From contig JBGAUV010000002.1 in NCBI GenBank assembly GCA_044228445.1, forward strand, positions 140,600 to 204,599: a DNA stretch of 64,000 nucleotides, written 5' to 3'. This DNA is from Minisyncoccia bacterium. Lineage in GTDB: Bacteria; Patescibacteriota; Minisyncoccia; Phycocordibacterales; PALSA-1337. Shown here piece after piece: positions 19,115 through 29,433 of this stretch. The first letter of the stretch is position 1; each line of letters opens with the position of its first letter. Both the position numbers and the translations under genes were made by a program. The notes under the pieces are model-generated. The model was given only the letters and a program-made list of their open reading frames with translations. It searched no databases and was not told the DNA's origin.

Positions 19115-19794
19115 AGCTATATGCAATTTTGCCGTGGATAATTCAGAGGGGGGTTTTGATATTATTAGTTAAGCCACTTTACTATAGTTTTCTTGATATA
19201 AAAGTAATTGGCCTAAAAAATATTCCTTTAAATCGTAATAATTATATTTTTGCATCTAACCATTCAAGTGAATTAGATCCAACAATAATACCAGCAGTTT
19301 TACCCTTTAATTCAAAATTTATACCTATGTTTTACGTATCTAAAAATAGGAGTTTTTATGATAGAAGTGGATGGAGAAAAATATTTTATGGGGGATTAAT
19401 ATTTAAGTTATTTGGTGCGTATCCTGTAGTAAGTGGATTAAAAAATTATGGTTTGTCAATGAACAGACATATAGAGATTTTAAAGGATGGAAATTCCGTT
19501 CATATTTTTCCAGAGGGTGTTAGAACAATAAATGGGAAGATTGGGGAGGCTAGAGGAGGAATATCTTATCTTTCAATAAAGTCTGGAGTACCAGTTATAC
19601 CAGTATCTATTAAAGGATTCTATAATATCAGCATTAAAGATTTTTTTTCAGATAATAAGGAAGTTGTAATAAACTTTGGCTCCCCAATATATATAAATTC
19701 TAATTTTTCTATTGAAACTGACGTTTTAAAACATAAGGATAATGCATCTATTATTATGAATGAAATTAAGTCACTCTTCAATCACTCGGTTTGA
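19102..19794 (+). CDS. lysophospholipid (PlsC-family) acyltransferase
   Basis: NHSSELD (HX4D), IFPEGVR, VPVIPV. Confidence 0.88.
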   Translation: MARIKLYAILPWIIQRGVLILLVKPLYYSFLDIKVIGLKNIPLNRNNYIFASNHSSELDPTIIPAVLPFNSKFIPMFYVSKNRSFYDRSGWRKIFYGGLIFKLFGAYPVVSGLKNYGLSMNRHIEILKDGNSVHIFPEGVRTINGKIGEARGGISYLSIKSGVPVIPVSIKGFYNISIKDFFSDNKEVVINFGSPIYINSNFSIETDVLKHKDNASIIMNEIKSLFNHSV

Positions 19795-20688
19795 CATTCT
19801 TTCTATAAAATTTCTTTGTTTCTTCTCGTTTCGCAGACTATTTACAAGTAGTAAACCTAAAATAACAACTGAAATAAATGAAATTATTTTATATAAATAA
19901 ATACTCAATAGGTTACCATTAAAAACTACAGATACAATATTGAAACTTATTAGGAGTATGGTAAATACTTCTAACAAATAAATTCTTACCTTAAGAAAAT
20001 CATATTTTATTATAGTATATATTATTATGTATATACTTATTGGACTGACTAATAATCCTATCCATTCGTAATTAAATATATTGATTCTGGGTAATAAAAT
20101 ATTGGTAGTTAAAAGAGATAATATTGTAATTGAAAGTGAAATCAATATGTACAATATGCTACTTCTAACATTTGCATCAAATTTATAGTCTCTATATTTT
20201 TTAATTAGAATTAATACAGAATAAATAAATGATAAGATATAATAAGTTTCGAATATATACCAAATATAACCAAATTCCCACTTTATAATACCACTGTCTA
20301 AAACAAGAGAATCAGATATTACGTAGTTAGTAAATAAAATTAAATAAAAAAATATTATTTCAATAAAAATGAAGAATGAAATGAATTTAAAATCTATTTT
20401 ATTTCTATTTGGATAATTATAACTAAATATTATTAATAATGAAGATGTAATTGTACCAATATAATACGATAGCTTTATTAAAAAATTTATTCCAAATAAC
20501 CGATTACTCTCAACAATAATAGTATTTATTATCCCTAAATTAAATACCCACAGAGAAAAAAATACTAATAGCAGTAGAAATATATTTAGGGATAAATTTC
20601 TTTTATTAAATATATAAATTTTAAAACAAAGCAATAGTGTCGAAACACTTAAAATAAATTCAATGACAGCGTTTATATTGTTGTTCAT
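19771..20688 (-). CDS. stand-alone histidine-kinase N-terminal 7TM sensor domain protein
   Basis: Multi-TM protein collinear with the N-half of 21656..23251 (YTIIKYDFLKVR vs YAIIKLKLFDIK); no kinase domain. Confidence 0.75.
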   Translation of the reverse strand: MNNNINAVIEFILSVSTLLLCFKIYIFNKRNLSLNIFLLLLVFFSLWVFNLGIINTIIVESNRLFGINFLIKLSYYIGTITSSLLIIFSYNYPNRNKIDFKFISFFIFIEIIFFYLILFTNYVISDSLVLDSGIIKWEFGYIWYIFETYYILSFIYSVLILIKKYRDYKFDANVRSSILYILISLSITILSLLTTNILLPRINIFNYEWIGLLVSPISIYIIIYTIIKYDFLKVRIYLLEVFTILLISFNIVSVVFNGNLLSIYLYKIISFISVVILGLLLVNSLRNEKKQRNFIERMSNRVIEE

Positions 20689-20732
20689 GTTGTTAATAAC
20701 ATAAATATATAAGGTGTTATAATATATTACAA

Positions 20733-21659
20733 ATGGATAATATTTTAAACAACATAAAGGAATTAAGTTTACATGTTGCGGTTACATACGATCTAAGTTT
20801 AAAGTTATTTTTTTATATTTATATTAGTTCAATTATACCGTTTTATTTAGGGTATTTTCTAATACTATACGGTAGTACTAGACATTTAAAATTCAAGGAT
20901 ATTTTTAGTTTAGATTTTAAAAATAAAATAAGACTAACTAAACAGACAATAATCGGTATAATTATACATGTTTTTGGTAGATTAATGCCCTACGCATATA
21001 TATTATTTTTTGGTCGAAATCTTCCAACATATTTTTATTTCATAGCAATTATTTTATTAGTAATAAGTATTTATCTATTCATTAATAAAATTTATTTTAA
21101 AAAGAGGAATATTGTCGATACTAGTTTAATTTTCAGTAAAAAACTTCATGTAGATGATAAAACAGAAAGAGAAATTCTATGGGAAATATATAATTCCACA
21201 TTTGAAAAGTTGAATAAAATAAGTCCATGTAAACAAAGTTTGGATGAACACCACTTTATGGAAATTATGGAAAATAGAGATGTTGCTAAATATATCTTAT
21301 CTAAAAATAATCATGGAATAATTGGTATTTGTTTAACCACAAATAATTTTATGAATACACCTTGGATTAGTGAAGATTATTTTAAGGTTAACTTTCCTAA
21401 TGAATTTTTTAAAAATAAAATTCATTATTTTATAGGTTTAGCAATTAGGGAAAATCACAGAAACAATAGTTATTCGATTTCTTTAATAGAAAATGTTATA
21501 GATGATTTACCAACTGATGCTATAATTGGATTTGATCATTCTAAAAATATTAATCCGTTGCTACACTATTTTACGAGGATAGTTAGACAAGCAAAGTTTA
21601 TTCAAAGGAAACATATAGACCAACAGCATTACCATGTTGTTTATAGAAAAAATCAATGA
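20733..21659 (+). CDS. membrane protein with C-terminal GNAT-like (FeeM/acyl-synthase-like) domain
   Basis: Three N-terminal TM helices; C-domain LWEIYNSTF...IIGICL...PWISEDYF...GLAIRENHR (GNAT motif A-like). Confidence 0.6.
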   Translation: MDNILNNIKELSLHVAVTYDLSLKLFFYIYISSIIPFYLGYFLILYGSTRHLKFKDIFSLDFKNKIRLTKQTIIGIIIHVFGRLMPYAYILFFGRNLPTYFYFIAIILLVISIYLFINKIYFKKRNIVDTSLIFSKKLHVDDKTEREILWEIYNSTFEKLNKISPCKQSLDEHHFMEIMENRDVAKYILSKNNHGIIGICLTTNNFMNTPWISEDYFKVNFPNEFFKNKIHYFIGLAIRENHRNNSYSISLIENVIDDLPTDAIIGFDHSKNINPLLHYFTRIVRQAKFIQRKHIDQQHYHVVYRKNQ

Positions 21660-23251
21660 TATATAACATACTTTCAGTTATAACAATACTTTTCTATTCA
21701 CTAATAGGTATCTATGTCTATCTTAATGACAGGAAAAAACAAATTAATAAATTTTTTCTTCTGTTTAGTTTCAGTGCAGTAATGTGGATTTTTATTAATC
21801 TATTAGTAGATATATCATATAATTTAAATAACGTTGAGCTTCTAAGTAGAATTACAATTATTGCTTCAGGATTTGTAGCTTATTTCCTATATAAAATATC
21901 AACAGTATTTCCTAAGATTAGAAAAATTGGAAAAAATATAGAATTTTTAAATCAGATCTGTCTTTTAATAATAATTTTATTAACACCAACACATTTTAAT
22001 ATTAAAGATGTATATTTATTAGATAACGGCATACCTGCTATAGAGCCAGGTATTTTGTATTATTTTCTTTTAGTTTATTTTATATTTGTAATTGTTGTTT
22101 CATATAAGAATTTCTTTACTGAATATAAATATAATAATGATATTGAAAAAAGACAGGTTCAGTATGTATCGCTCGGTTTGGGAATATCACTTTTATTAGG
22201 ACTTATATCTGATTTGATTTTACCCTTATTTAACAATTCAGATTTTGTTAATTTCGGTCCATATTTTTCTCTTTTCTTTATTATGTTTACATCTTATGCA
22301 ATTATCAAGTTGAAATTATTTGATATTAAGATTGTTACAACTCAAATATTTGTATTTTCAATGTGGGTATTTGTTTTTGTTAGATTATTGATATCTGAAA
22401 ATGGTAATGAGCAAATTATTAATGGAAGTTTGTTATTATTACTAGTTGTTTTTGGCATATTCCTCATCAAATCCGTCATCAAGGAAGTCTCTCAAAGGGA
22501 AAAAATTGAACTTCTTGCTACTGATCTTCAAAAGGCCAATGCTAGACTTACTGAACTTGATAAACAAAAGTCTGAATTCGTTTCTTTTGCTACTCATCAA
22601 CTCCGCGCACCTCTTACTGCTATGAAAGGTTATGCTTCTTTGATTTTGGAAGGGGATATGGGTGTTATTTCTGAAGAGGTTAAAAATGCTATTGTGAGAA
22701 TATATGAATCTTCTGGAACTCTTACAAACATTGTTGATGACTATTTGAATATTTCTAGAATTGAACTTGGTACTATGAAGTATTCTTTTGAAAAAATTGA
22801 TTTAAAGAACTTAGTTAGTGATGTTATGGGCGAATTGAAGCCAAATATTGAAAAGAGCAAGCTCGATGTTGTTTTTGATTGTGATAAGAATAAAAAATAT
22901 ACAGTAAAAGTTGATCCTGATAAATTCAAACAGATAATTATGAATATTATCGATAATTCTATGAAGTATACGCCTAAGGGTAAGATTAATGTTGGTTTGA
23001 GTTTACAGTCTGGTAAAGTACTCTTTTCAGTTAAAGATACTGGTATTGGTATTGCTCCTGAAGTCTTGCCAAAGTTATTTATGAAATTCTCTCGCGCTAC
23101 AAATGGTAGTAGACAAAACATCCATGGTACTGGTCTTGGATTGTTTGTTGCTAAAGAAATTGTAAATGCTCATAAAGGAAAGATTTGGGCAGAATCACAA
23201 GGGGAGGGTAAAGGCTCAAGTTTCTACGTTGAAATAGATCAAGACATATAG
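21656..23251 (+). CDS. 7TM sensor histidine kinase
   Basis: H box ATHQLRAPLT, N box NIIDNSMKY, G1 DTGIG, G2 GTGLGL. Confidence 0.95.
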   Translation: MIYNILSVITILFYSLIGIYVYLNDRKKQINKFFLLFSFSAVMWIFINLLVDISYNLNNVELLSRITIIASGFVAYFLYKISTVFPKIRKIGKNIEFLNQICLLIIILLTPTHFNIKDVYLLDNGIPAIEPGILYYFLLVYFIFVIVVSYKNFFTEYKYNNDIEKRQVQYVSLGLGISLLLGLISDLILPLFNNSDFVNFGPYFSLFFIMFTSYAIIKLKLFDIKIVTTQIFVFSMWVFVFVRLLISENGNEQIINGSLLLLLVVFGIFLIKSVIKEVSQREKIELLATDLQKANARLTELDKQKSEFVSFATHQLRAPLTAMKGYASLILEGDMGVISEEVKNAIVRIYESSGTLTNIVDDYLNISRIELGTMKYSFEKIDLKNLVSDVMGELKPNIEKSKLDVVFDCDKNKKYTVKVDPDKFKQIIMNIIDNSMKYTPKGKINVGLSLQSGKVLFSVKDTGIGIAPEVLPKLFMKFSRATNGSRQNIHGTGLGLFVAKEIVNAHKGKIWAESQGEGKGSSFYVEIDQDI

Positions 23252-23277
23252 TTCTATAAAAAATCCTTTTTAAAATA

Positions 23278-23724
23278 TTATTTAATTAATTCTTCAACTA
23301 CAGATTTTACATCTGCTCCATCAGCTTTTCCTTTTAAATCTTTCATTAAGCCACCAATAAATTGACCTATCTTTGCTTTATCTATTGTATTTCCTGATAG
23401 CTTTTCTTGAGCTATTTTCCTTATTTCATCTTTAGACATCATGCTTGGTAAAAAAGTCTCAAGTATACTTAGTTCCTGTTTCTCTTTTTCTGCCAAATCA
23501 CTTCTTCCTCCTTTTTCAAATTGCTCTATTGAATCTTTTCTTTGTTTTACACTTCTACGAATAAGTGCAAGTACAGAATCATCATCAAGCAATGGATCAC
23601 TTTTTCCTTTTGCTATAAGTTCATTTGAAAACAGACTTTGAAGACCACGAAGTACCTCAAGCTTCAAGCTATCCTTTGCTCTCATTGCGTCTTTTATCTG
23701 ATCTTTTATTGTTTGGTGTATCAT
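23278..23724 (-). CDS. GatB/YqeY domain protein
   Basis: KDAMRAKD, KQRKDSIEQFEKGGR, LKGKADG. Confidence 0.93.
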   Translation of the reverse strand: MIHQTIKDQIKDAMRAKDSLKLEVLRGLQSLFSNELIAKGKSDPLLDDDSVLALIRRSVKQRKDSIEQFEKGGRSDLAEKEKQELSILETFLPSMMSKDEIRKIAQEKLSGNTIDKAKIGQFIGGLMKDLKGKADGADVKSVVEELIK

Positions 23725-23775
23725 TTGTTTATTATTATGGTGATATATTGCCTAATATAGTATCATATAATAAAT

Positions 23776-24834
23776 ATGGAAACACTACTTATTATACTTA
23801 TTGTTTTGATTGCAATAGCTATTATTTTAATGGCTATAAACTTTTTTCGTACAAGAAAACCTGAAAAAGTTCAAAATGATGATACAGGTTTCAAGCTTAT
23901 CCTAGAACAATTAAATGAAATAAATAGAACAGTTGATAGTAAAATAAGTGAAAGCTCTAGAAATATGCGTGAATCAATGCATGTTCAATTATCAGAATCA
24001 TCAAGACTCATTCGTGAAGTGACATCTGGTCTTGTAAAACTAGAAGAGGGTAATAAACAAATACTTTCTTTTGCTGATCAACTCCAAAACCTTCAAGATA
24101 TACTAAAGAATCCAAAACAAAGAGGAATTTTGGGCGAATACTATTTGGAAACACTACTTAAAAATGTCTTGGCTCCAGGACAATTTCAAATGCAATACCC
24201 ATTTAAAAATGGAGAAATAGTCGATGCTGTTGTTTTTGTTAAGGATAAGATAATACCTATAGACTCAAAATTCTCACTTGAAAATTACAATAAACTTTCA
24301 GAAGAAAAAAATCCGGTAGAAAGAGAAAAGATAGAAAAAGTCTTTGTTGGAGATTTAAAAATGCGTATTATGGAAACTTCAAAATATATTCGTCCTGAAG
24401 AGGGAACTATGGATTTTGCTTTTATGTTTATACCTCATGAAGCTATATACTATGATCTTTTAATCAATAAAATTGGCGCTATAACAGAGGAAACAGACAA
24501 TCTAATTCAAAGAGCGGCAAGTAAGTATAAGGTAATAATAGTATCTCCAACATCATTCTTGGCTTATCTCCAAACCGTATTACAGGGCTTAAAAGCAATG
24601 CAAATAGAAGAGACAGCAAAAGACATTATAAAGGGTGTAAATGACCTAGGAAACCATTTAAAGAAGTATGAAGAGTATCACAATAAACTAGGTGTATCTC
24701 TTGGCACAGTTGTAAATCACTACAATACATCTATGAAGGAATTAAAGAAAGTAGATAAGGATGTTTTGAGGCTAACAGGCTCATCCCCAGGTATAGAGGC
24801 TACCCTTATTGACCGTCCGGAAGAGATAGTGTAA
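23776..24834 (+). CDS. rmuC: DNA recombination protein RmuC
   Basis: N-terminal TM; NPKQRGILGE; PIDSKF; DFAFMFIPHE; VSPTS. Confidence 0.93.
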   Translation: METLLIILIVLIAIAIILMAINFFRTRKPEKVQNDDTGFKLILEQLNEINRTVDSKISESSRNMRESMHVQLSESSRLIREVTSGLVKLEEGNKQILSFADQLQNLQDILKNPKQRGILGEYYLETLLKNVLAPGQFQMQYPFKNGEIVDAVVFVKDKIIPIDSKFSLENYNKLSEEKNPVEREKIEKVFVGDLKMRIMETSKYIRPEEGTMDFAFMFIPHEAIYYDLLINKIGAITEETDNLIQRAASKYKVIIVSPTSFLAYLQTVLQGLKAMQIEETAKDIIKGVNDLGNHLKKYEEYHNKLGVSLGTVVNHYNTSMKELKKVDKDVLRLTGSSPGIEATLIDRPEEIV

Positions 24835-24846
24835 TATAGCCATACT

Positions 24847-25197
24847 ATGAACAAACAGGGAGAAAACAAAGAAATAAAGCAAGAAATAGCCGTTATTCAG
24901 ACTGGTGGTAAACAATATACCGTTTCAGTAGGTCAAGAAATTGATATTGAAAAAATAACTGGTGATTATAAAGAAGGTGATTCTATTGTTTTCGATAAAG
25001 TACTCCTTGTTGATAATGGTTCAGACACTACTATAGGTACTCCTTATATAGATGGAGCAAAGGTAAAAGCAAAACTAGTTAAAATAGGAAGAGCTCAAAA
25101 AGTTACGGTTATAAAGTACAAACAAAAGAGTAAATATTTTAAGAAAAACGGTCACAGACAGCCATTCTTTAAGGTTTTGATCGAAGCAGTAAAATAA
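24847..25197 (+). CDS. rplU: 50S ribosomal protein L21
   Basis: AVIQTGGKQY, IGTPYI, GHRQPF. Confidence 0.97.
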   Translation: MNKQGENKEIKQEIAVIQTGGKQYTVSVGQEIDIEKITGDYKEGDSIVFDKVLLVDNGSDTTIGTPYIDGAKVKAKLVKIGRAQKVTVIKYKQKSKYFKKNGHRQPFFKVLIEAVK

Positions 25198-25200
25198 ACA

Positions 25201-25234
25201 AAACAAAAGACACCAAAACGGTGTTTTTTGTTTT
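25201..25234 (+). terminator. intrinsic terminator after rplU
   Basis: AAAACAAAAGACACC-AAAAC-GGTGTTTTTTGTTTT. Confidence 0.7.
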
Positions 25235-25374
25235 ATACAAGAACTATTTACATATAACATAATATATGTTATTGTTTCAAACGAGCTCGACTTAAACCTC
25301 GGGCAGAAGTAATCAAAATAATTGAAATTATGAGCTCATGATTCCTTCTGTACCAAAGCAGAAAGGATAGTGAG

Positions 25375-25797
25375 ATGAACAAGAGACCAGCTCTTTTGAT
25401 GGAAGCTCGGGCAATTGTCCACGAGGCAAGGTATGGTGAAGGATCAGTCGGTCACGTGTGGCTTGAGGAGAAGCATAAAGGCAGAGTTAGTGTTGGTTAT
25501 AAGATTGCTTCTCGTATAGTCGCAGTTCGAGGTAGTTCATATCTGTCAGTTGAGGGTAAGAACTATACCGTTAAGTATCCCAAGATAACCATTCTGGGAA
25601 ACTTAGTTCACGACACTACTGAGTTTGTGGGTGAATATATCTGCAAGCTTGTTTGTGATCGTAGAGAAGAACGTGATCGTGAAATCGCAATATGGCTTGC
25701 CAATTGCCGAGTTGTCCGAATTGAGAGAAATGGTCACTACATCTGGCGGGTTGTACTCGTCAGAGGTAAAAAGGGAAAGGAAGAAATTATGAATTAG
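25375..25797 (+). CDS. hypothetical protein
   Basis: 140-aa ORF with AAAGGA SD and a downstream hairpin (25806-25832). Confidence 0.65.
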   Translation: MNKRPALLMEARAIVHEARYGEGSVGHVWLEEKHKGRVSVGYKIASRIVAVRGSSYLSVEGKNYTVKYPKITILGNLVHDTTEFVGEYICKLVCDRREERDREIAIWLANCRVVRIERNGHYIWRVVLVRGKKGKEEIMN

Positions 25798-25835
25798 TTT
25801 CAAACAAGGGTTGCCTTACGGGGCGCCCTTTTATT

Positions 25836-26444
25836 TTAACCCCTTCTATTTTCCAGAGCATTTTTTATAGTATCTGAATCTAGATATTCAAGCTCACTTC
25901 CAGTAGACAGACCACGACCCAGTGTAGTTAACTTTATATTTCTTTCAGGGAGTTTCTCTTTTATATACTGTTTTAAATAATCTCCAGTATTTTCACCATC
26001 AGCTGTACTATTCATAGAAATAATAATCTCCTTTACATTATCATCTATTCTTTTTATTAATTCTCTAAGTCTCACTCTTTTTTCAGGTTCTTTATCTAGT
26101 ATAGGTATAGTTCCTCCAAGAATAAAATAAAGACCATTATAAGCTTTACTTTTTTCTATTGTTTCAAAATCAACATCCCTTGCAAGTATCATTAATTTTT
26201 CTTTATCTCTATTTAAACTTGAACAAATATTACATAAAGAATTACTTTCTTTATTATTTTGAAAAAATCTAAAACATGATTTGCATATTGTTACGCTATT
26301 TTTTATTTCATTTATTAATTCTGTAATACCATTTATATAACTAGTATTTCTTGTAAGTAAAAAATAAACAAAACGTTTTGCTTGTCTAGGTCCAATACCA
26401 GGAAATTCTCCAAAATATTCAGCGAGTTTATCTAATGGATTCAT
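25836..26444 (-). CDS. recR: recombination mediator RecR
   Basis: FPGIGPRQAKR HhH, C4 zinc finger, TOPRIM domain, GSELEYLD. Confidence 0.95.
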   Translation of the reverse strand: MNPLDKLAEYFGEFPGIGPRQAKRFVYFLLTRNTSYINGITELINEIKNSVTICKSCFRFFQNNKESNSLCNICSSLNRDKEKLMILARDVDFETIEKSKAYNGLYFILGGTIPILDKEPEKRVRLRELIKRIDDNVKEIIISMNSTADGENTGDYLKQYIKEKLPERNIKLTTLGRGLSTGSELEYLDSDTIKNALENRRG

Positions 26445-26495
26445 TGAGCCATTATATCAAAACGCTATAAAAGGGGAATTGTTAAGTTGAGCGTA

Positions 26496-27905
26496 CTAAA
26501 AGCCTACAATCTCAGTACCACCACTCTTATTTTCAAAATCTCCAAAATCACTTTTATCAATAGACATAAAGCTTGTCTTCTTTTCATCGAAGTATAGTTC
26601 AACAACACCAGTTGGACCATTTCTATGCTTTTCAATCATAATTTTTGCAATATTTGGTCTTGCTGATTCTTTATTGTATTTATCTTCTCTATGTATAAAC
26701 CAAACCATATCAGCATCCTGCTCAATAGATCCAGAGTCTCTTAGGTCAGATAGTCTAGGTTCACCTCCACGTTGTTCAACTGCACGAGAAAGCTGTGATA
26801 GAGCAATAACAGGAACTTCAAGTTCACGGGCTAGTTGTTTCAAAGATCTTGATATTTCTGTAACCTGCTGAACTACATTGTCAGAATTTCTTGATTGTGT
26901 AGGAACCATAAGCTGTAAGTAATCCACTATAATAAGTCCAAGACCCTTTTCACTCTTTAGTCTTCTTGCTACTGCTCTCATTTTCAAAATATTGTTTGCT
27001 GGTTGATCATCTATGTATATAGGCGCATTTGAAAGTCTATCCATAGCATCTCGAATAGCTTTAAAATCAGTTTCTATAGATAAATTGTGTCCAGTTCTAA
27101 TCTTCCAAGCTTCAACTTGTGATTCAGCAGATAACATACGATCAACTAACTGTTGTGAACTCATTTCAAGAGAAAATATTCCAACAGGAACACTATGTTC
27201 AACTGCTGCTTTTCGAGCAATATCTAGTGCTAGAGATGTTTTTCCCATACTGGGTCTAGCAGCAAGAATAATAAGGTCAGATTTTTGTAAACCTGCAATT
27301 TTATTGTCGAGTGCTTGGAAACCTGTTGGTACTCCACGCATTTCTCCACTACTTCTATGAAGTTTATCAATTCTATCCCAAGCTTCACCTAGTGTATCTT
27401 TAAGTGCTACGAATTTGTGAGTACCTGTAAAGTTTGTAACTTCAAATATCTTTTTTTCTGCTTTATCAAGTAACTCATCAAGTTCTCCCGCTTCATCAAA
27501 ACCAAGATTACCAACATATTCGGAGGCACTTATAAGATCACGCATTATATGCTTTTTTTGAACTATTTCTGCATAATGTTTTGCATTTGTTGAAGAGGGA
27601 ACACTATGAACTATTTCTGTTAAATAACTCATACCCCCAGCTTGTTCAAGTAAGTCTCTTTCTTTCATTCTAGAAGAAACAGATAAAAGATCTATTGCTA
27701 TACCTTTTGTATGAAGTTCAAGCATTATAGACCAAATCATTTTATGTCTATCAGAATAAAAAGATTTTTCAGCAACAATATCGGTAACATCATGCATAAC
27801 TTCCGGACGTATCATAATAGAACCAAGAAGTGCTTTTTCAGCCTCAAGACTCTGCGGAGGAATACGCAAATCTTTTGTTTTAAAATAAGGTGAAGTTGGA
27901 TTCAT
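26496..27905 (-). CDS. dnaB: replicative DNA helicase
   Basis: PPQSLEAE, AARPSMGKT, VDYLQLM, LSQLSR, DLRDSGSIEQDAD, KHRNGPTG. Confidence 0.98.
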   Translation of the reverse strand: MNPTSPYFKTKDLRIPPQSLEAEKALLGSIMIRPEVMHDVTDIVAEKSFYSDRHKMIWSIMLELHTKGIAIDLLSVSSRMKERDLLEQAGGMSYLTEIVHSVPSSTNAKHYAEIVQKKHIMRDLISASEYVGNLGFDEAGELDELLDKAEKKIFEVTNFTGTHKFVALKDTLGEAWDRIDKLHRSSGEMRGVPTGFQALDNKIAGLQKSDLIILAARPSMGKTSLALDIARKAAVEHSVPVGIFSLEMSSQQLVDRMLSAESQVEAWKIRTGHNLSIETDFKAIRDAMDRLSNAPIYIDDQPANNILKMRAVARRLKSEKGLGLIIVDYLQLMVPTQSRNSDNVVQQVTEISRSLKQLARELEVPVIALSQLSRAVEQRGGEPRLSDLRDSGSIEQDADMVWFIHREDKYNKESARPNIAKIMIEKHRNGPTGVVELYFDEKKTSFMSIDKSDFGDFENKSGGTEIVGF

Positions 27906-27991
27906 TTTTTTGTACTAACATTGTATCACGATAAAAATATTTAAGTACAAATGAAATAGTTTATAAACTGTGAAAAACGTGGGGAATAATA

Positions 27992-29359
27992 CTATTTCTT
28001 TTTAATTTCAAATCCACTAGGAGTATCTTTTACTGTATATCCTCTATTTTCAATTTCTATTCTCAAAGCATCTGCTTTATCCCATTCTTTATCATCACGT
28101 GCTTGATCTCGAGCTTCTGCTAGAACGAAAACTTCTTCAGGAATTTCTTGTTTAATTTCTTTTACCTTATCTAGTCCAAGACCAAAAACTTTATCAAAAT
28201 CCAAAAGCATTTTTACTTTATCTTTTGCATAAATTGAATGATCTTTTATCATATCCCATGTTAAAGCTAGAGCTTTTGGCATATCAAAATCGTCATTTAT
28301 ATTATCGATAAATTCACTACGATAATCTCTATTTTCTCCATGAGAATGTATATGTTCGTGTTCTGTATGATAAAGCCTTAAAAAGCTGTCTATAAGGCGA
28401 ATATAGGCCGTTTGAGCCCCTTTTACAGCCTCTAAGGTGAAGTTTACAGGTGATCTATAGTGTGAAGTTAATAGCCAGTATCTAAAACCAATAGGGGATA
28501 TACCCAAGTTCTCTATATCATCAAGTTTATAGAAATTACCCTTGGATTTTGACATCTTTTCATTCTCAACATTTATAAAACCAATATGTATCCAATAATT
28601 TACAAAATGCTTTTCATTTGCTGATTCTGATTGAGCAATTTCATTTGTATGATGAGGAAAAATAAGATCAATACCACCAGTATGAATATCAATAGTTTCA
28701 CCCAAAGTCTTTTTTGACATTGCAGAACATTCTATATGCCAACCAGGACGTCCTTTACCAAAAGGTGCTTCCCAAACTGCTTCAGGACTTTCATTTGTAT
28801 GAAACTTCCATAAAGCAAAGTCTTGAGGATTTTCTTTATCATATTCATCATTTGAAATTCTCTCTTTTGTTTCTCTTTCAGGATTTATATGAGCAAGTTG
28901 ACCATAATCTTTAAATTCATTTATTTTAAAATAAATTCCATCTTTTGTTTTATAGGCAATACCTTTCTTTATTAGACTAGATATCATATCAATCATGTCT
29001 TGAATACATTCTGTAGCCCTAGGTATTTTATTTGGTCTTTTTATATTTAATTTTTCTATATCTTGCAGAAATATTTCTTCATATTTCTTTGTTAGAGTAC
29101 TTAGCGATATCTTTTCGGCAGAACTTCTGTTAATAGTCTTATCATCAACGTCAGTAATATTCATTACTTGATCGACTTTGTATTCATTATATTCAAAAAC
29201 ACGACGAATAATATCATTTGAAATAAATGTTCTAAAATTACCAATATGAGCAGTATCATAAACTGTCGGCCCGCAATGATACATGGTTAAATTGCCTTTT
29301 TTTATAGGCTTAAACACTTCTTTTTTACCTGAAAGGGTATTGTGAATCTTTATTTCCAT
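27992..29359 (-). CDS. cysS: cysteine--tRNA ligase
   Basis: CGPTVYD, HIGN, GRPGWHIEC, FPHHTNE, KMSKS. Confidence 0.98.
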   Translation of the reverse strand: MEIKIHNTLSGKKEVFKPIKKGNLTMYHCGPTVYDTAHIGNFRTFISNDIIRRVFEYNEYKVDQVMNITDVDDKTINRSSAEKISLSTLTKKYEEIFLQDIEKLNIKRPNKIPRATECIQDMIDMISSLIKKGIAYKTKDGIYFKINEFKDYGQLAHINPERETKERISNDEYDKENPQDFALWKFHTNESPEAVWEAPFGKGRPGWHIECSAMSKKTLGETIDIHTGGIDLIFPHHTNEIAQSESANEKHFVNYWIHIGFINVENEKMSKSKGNFYKLDDIENLGISPIGFRYWLLTSHYRSPVNFTLEAVKGAQTAYIRLIDSFLRLYHTEHEHIHSHGENRDYRSEFIDNINDDFDMPKALALTWDMIKDHSIYAKDKVKMLLDFDKVFGLGLDKVKEIKQEIPEEVFVLAEARDQARDDKEWDKADALRIEIENRGYTVKDTPSGFEIKKK

Positions 29360-29433
29360 TTGTATTGTAATAATAGCAATAATTTGAGATAATGGCCAAG
29401 TGTTGTTTCTAAATAATCTTCAAAAATATTTAC

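Noticed and set aside
19771-22500. Invertible switch exchanging the two oppositely oriented 7TM sensor domains
   Set aside because: No nucleotide-level inverted repeats at the equivalent junctions and no recombinase in the window
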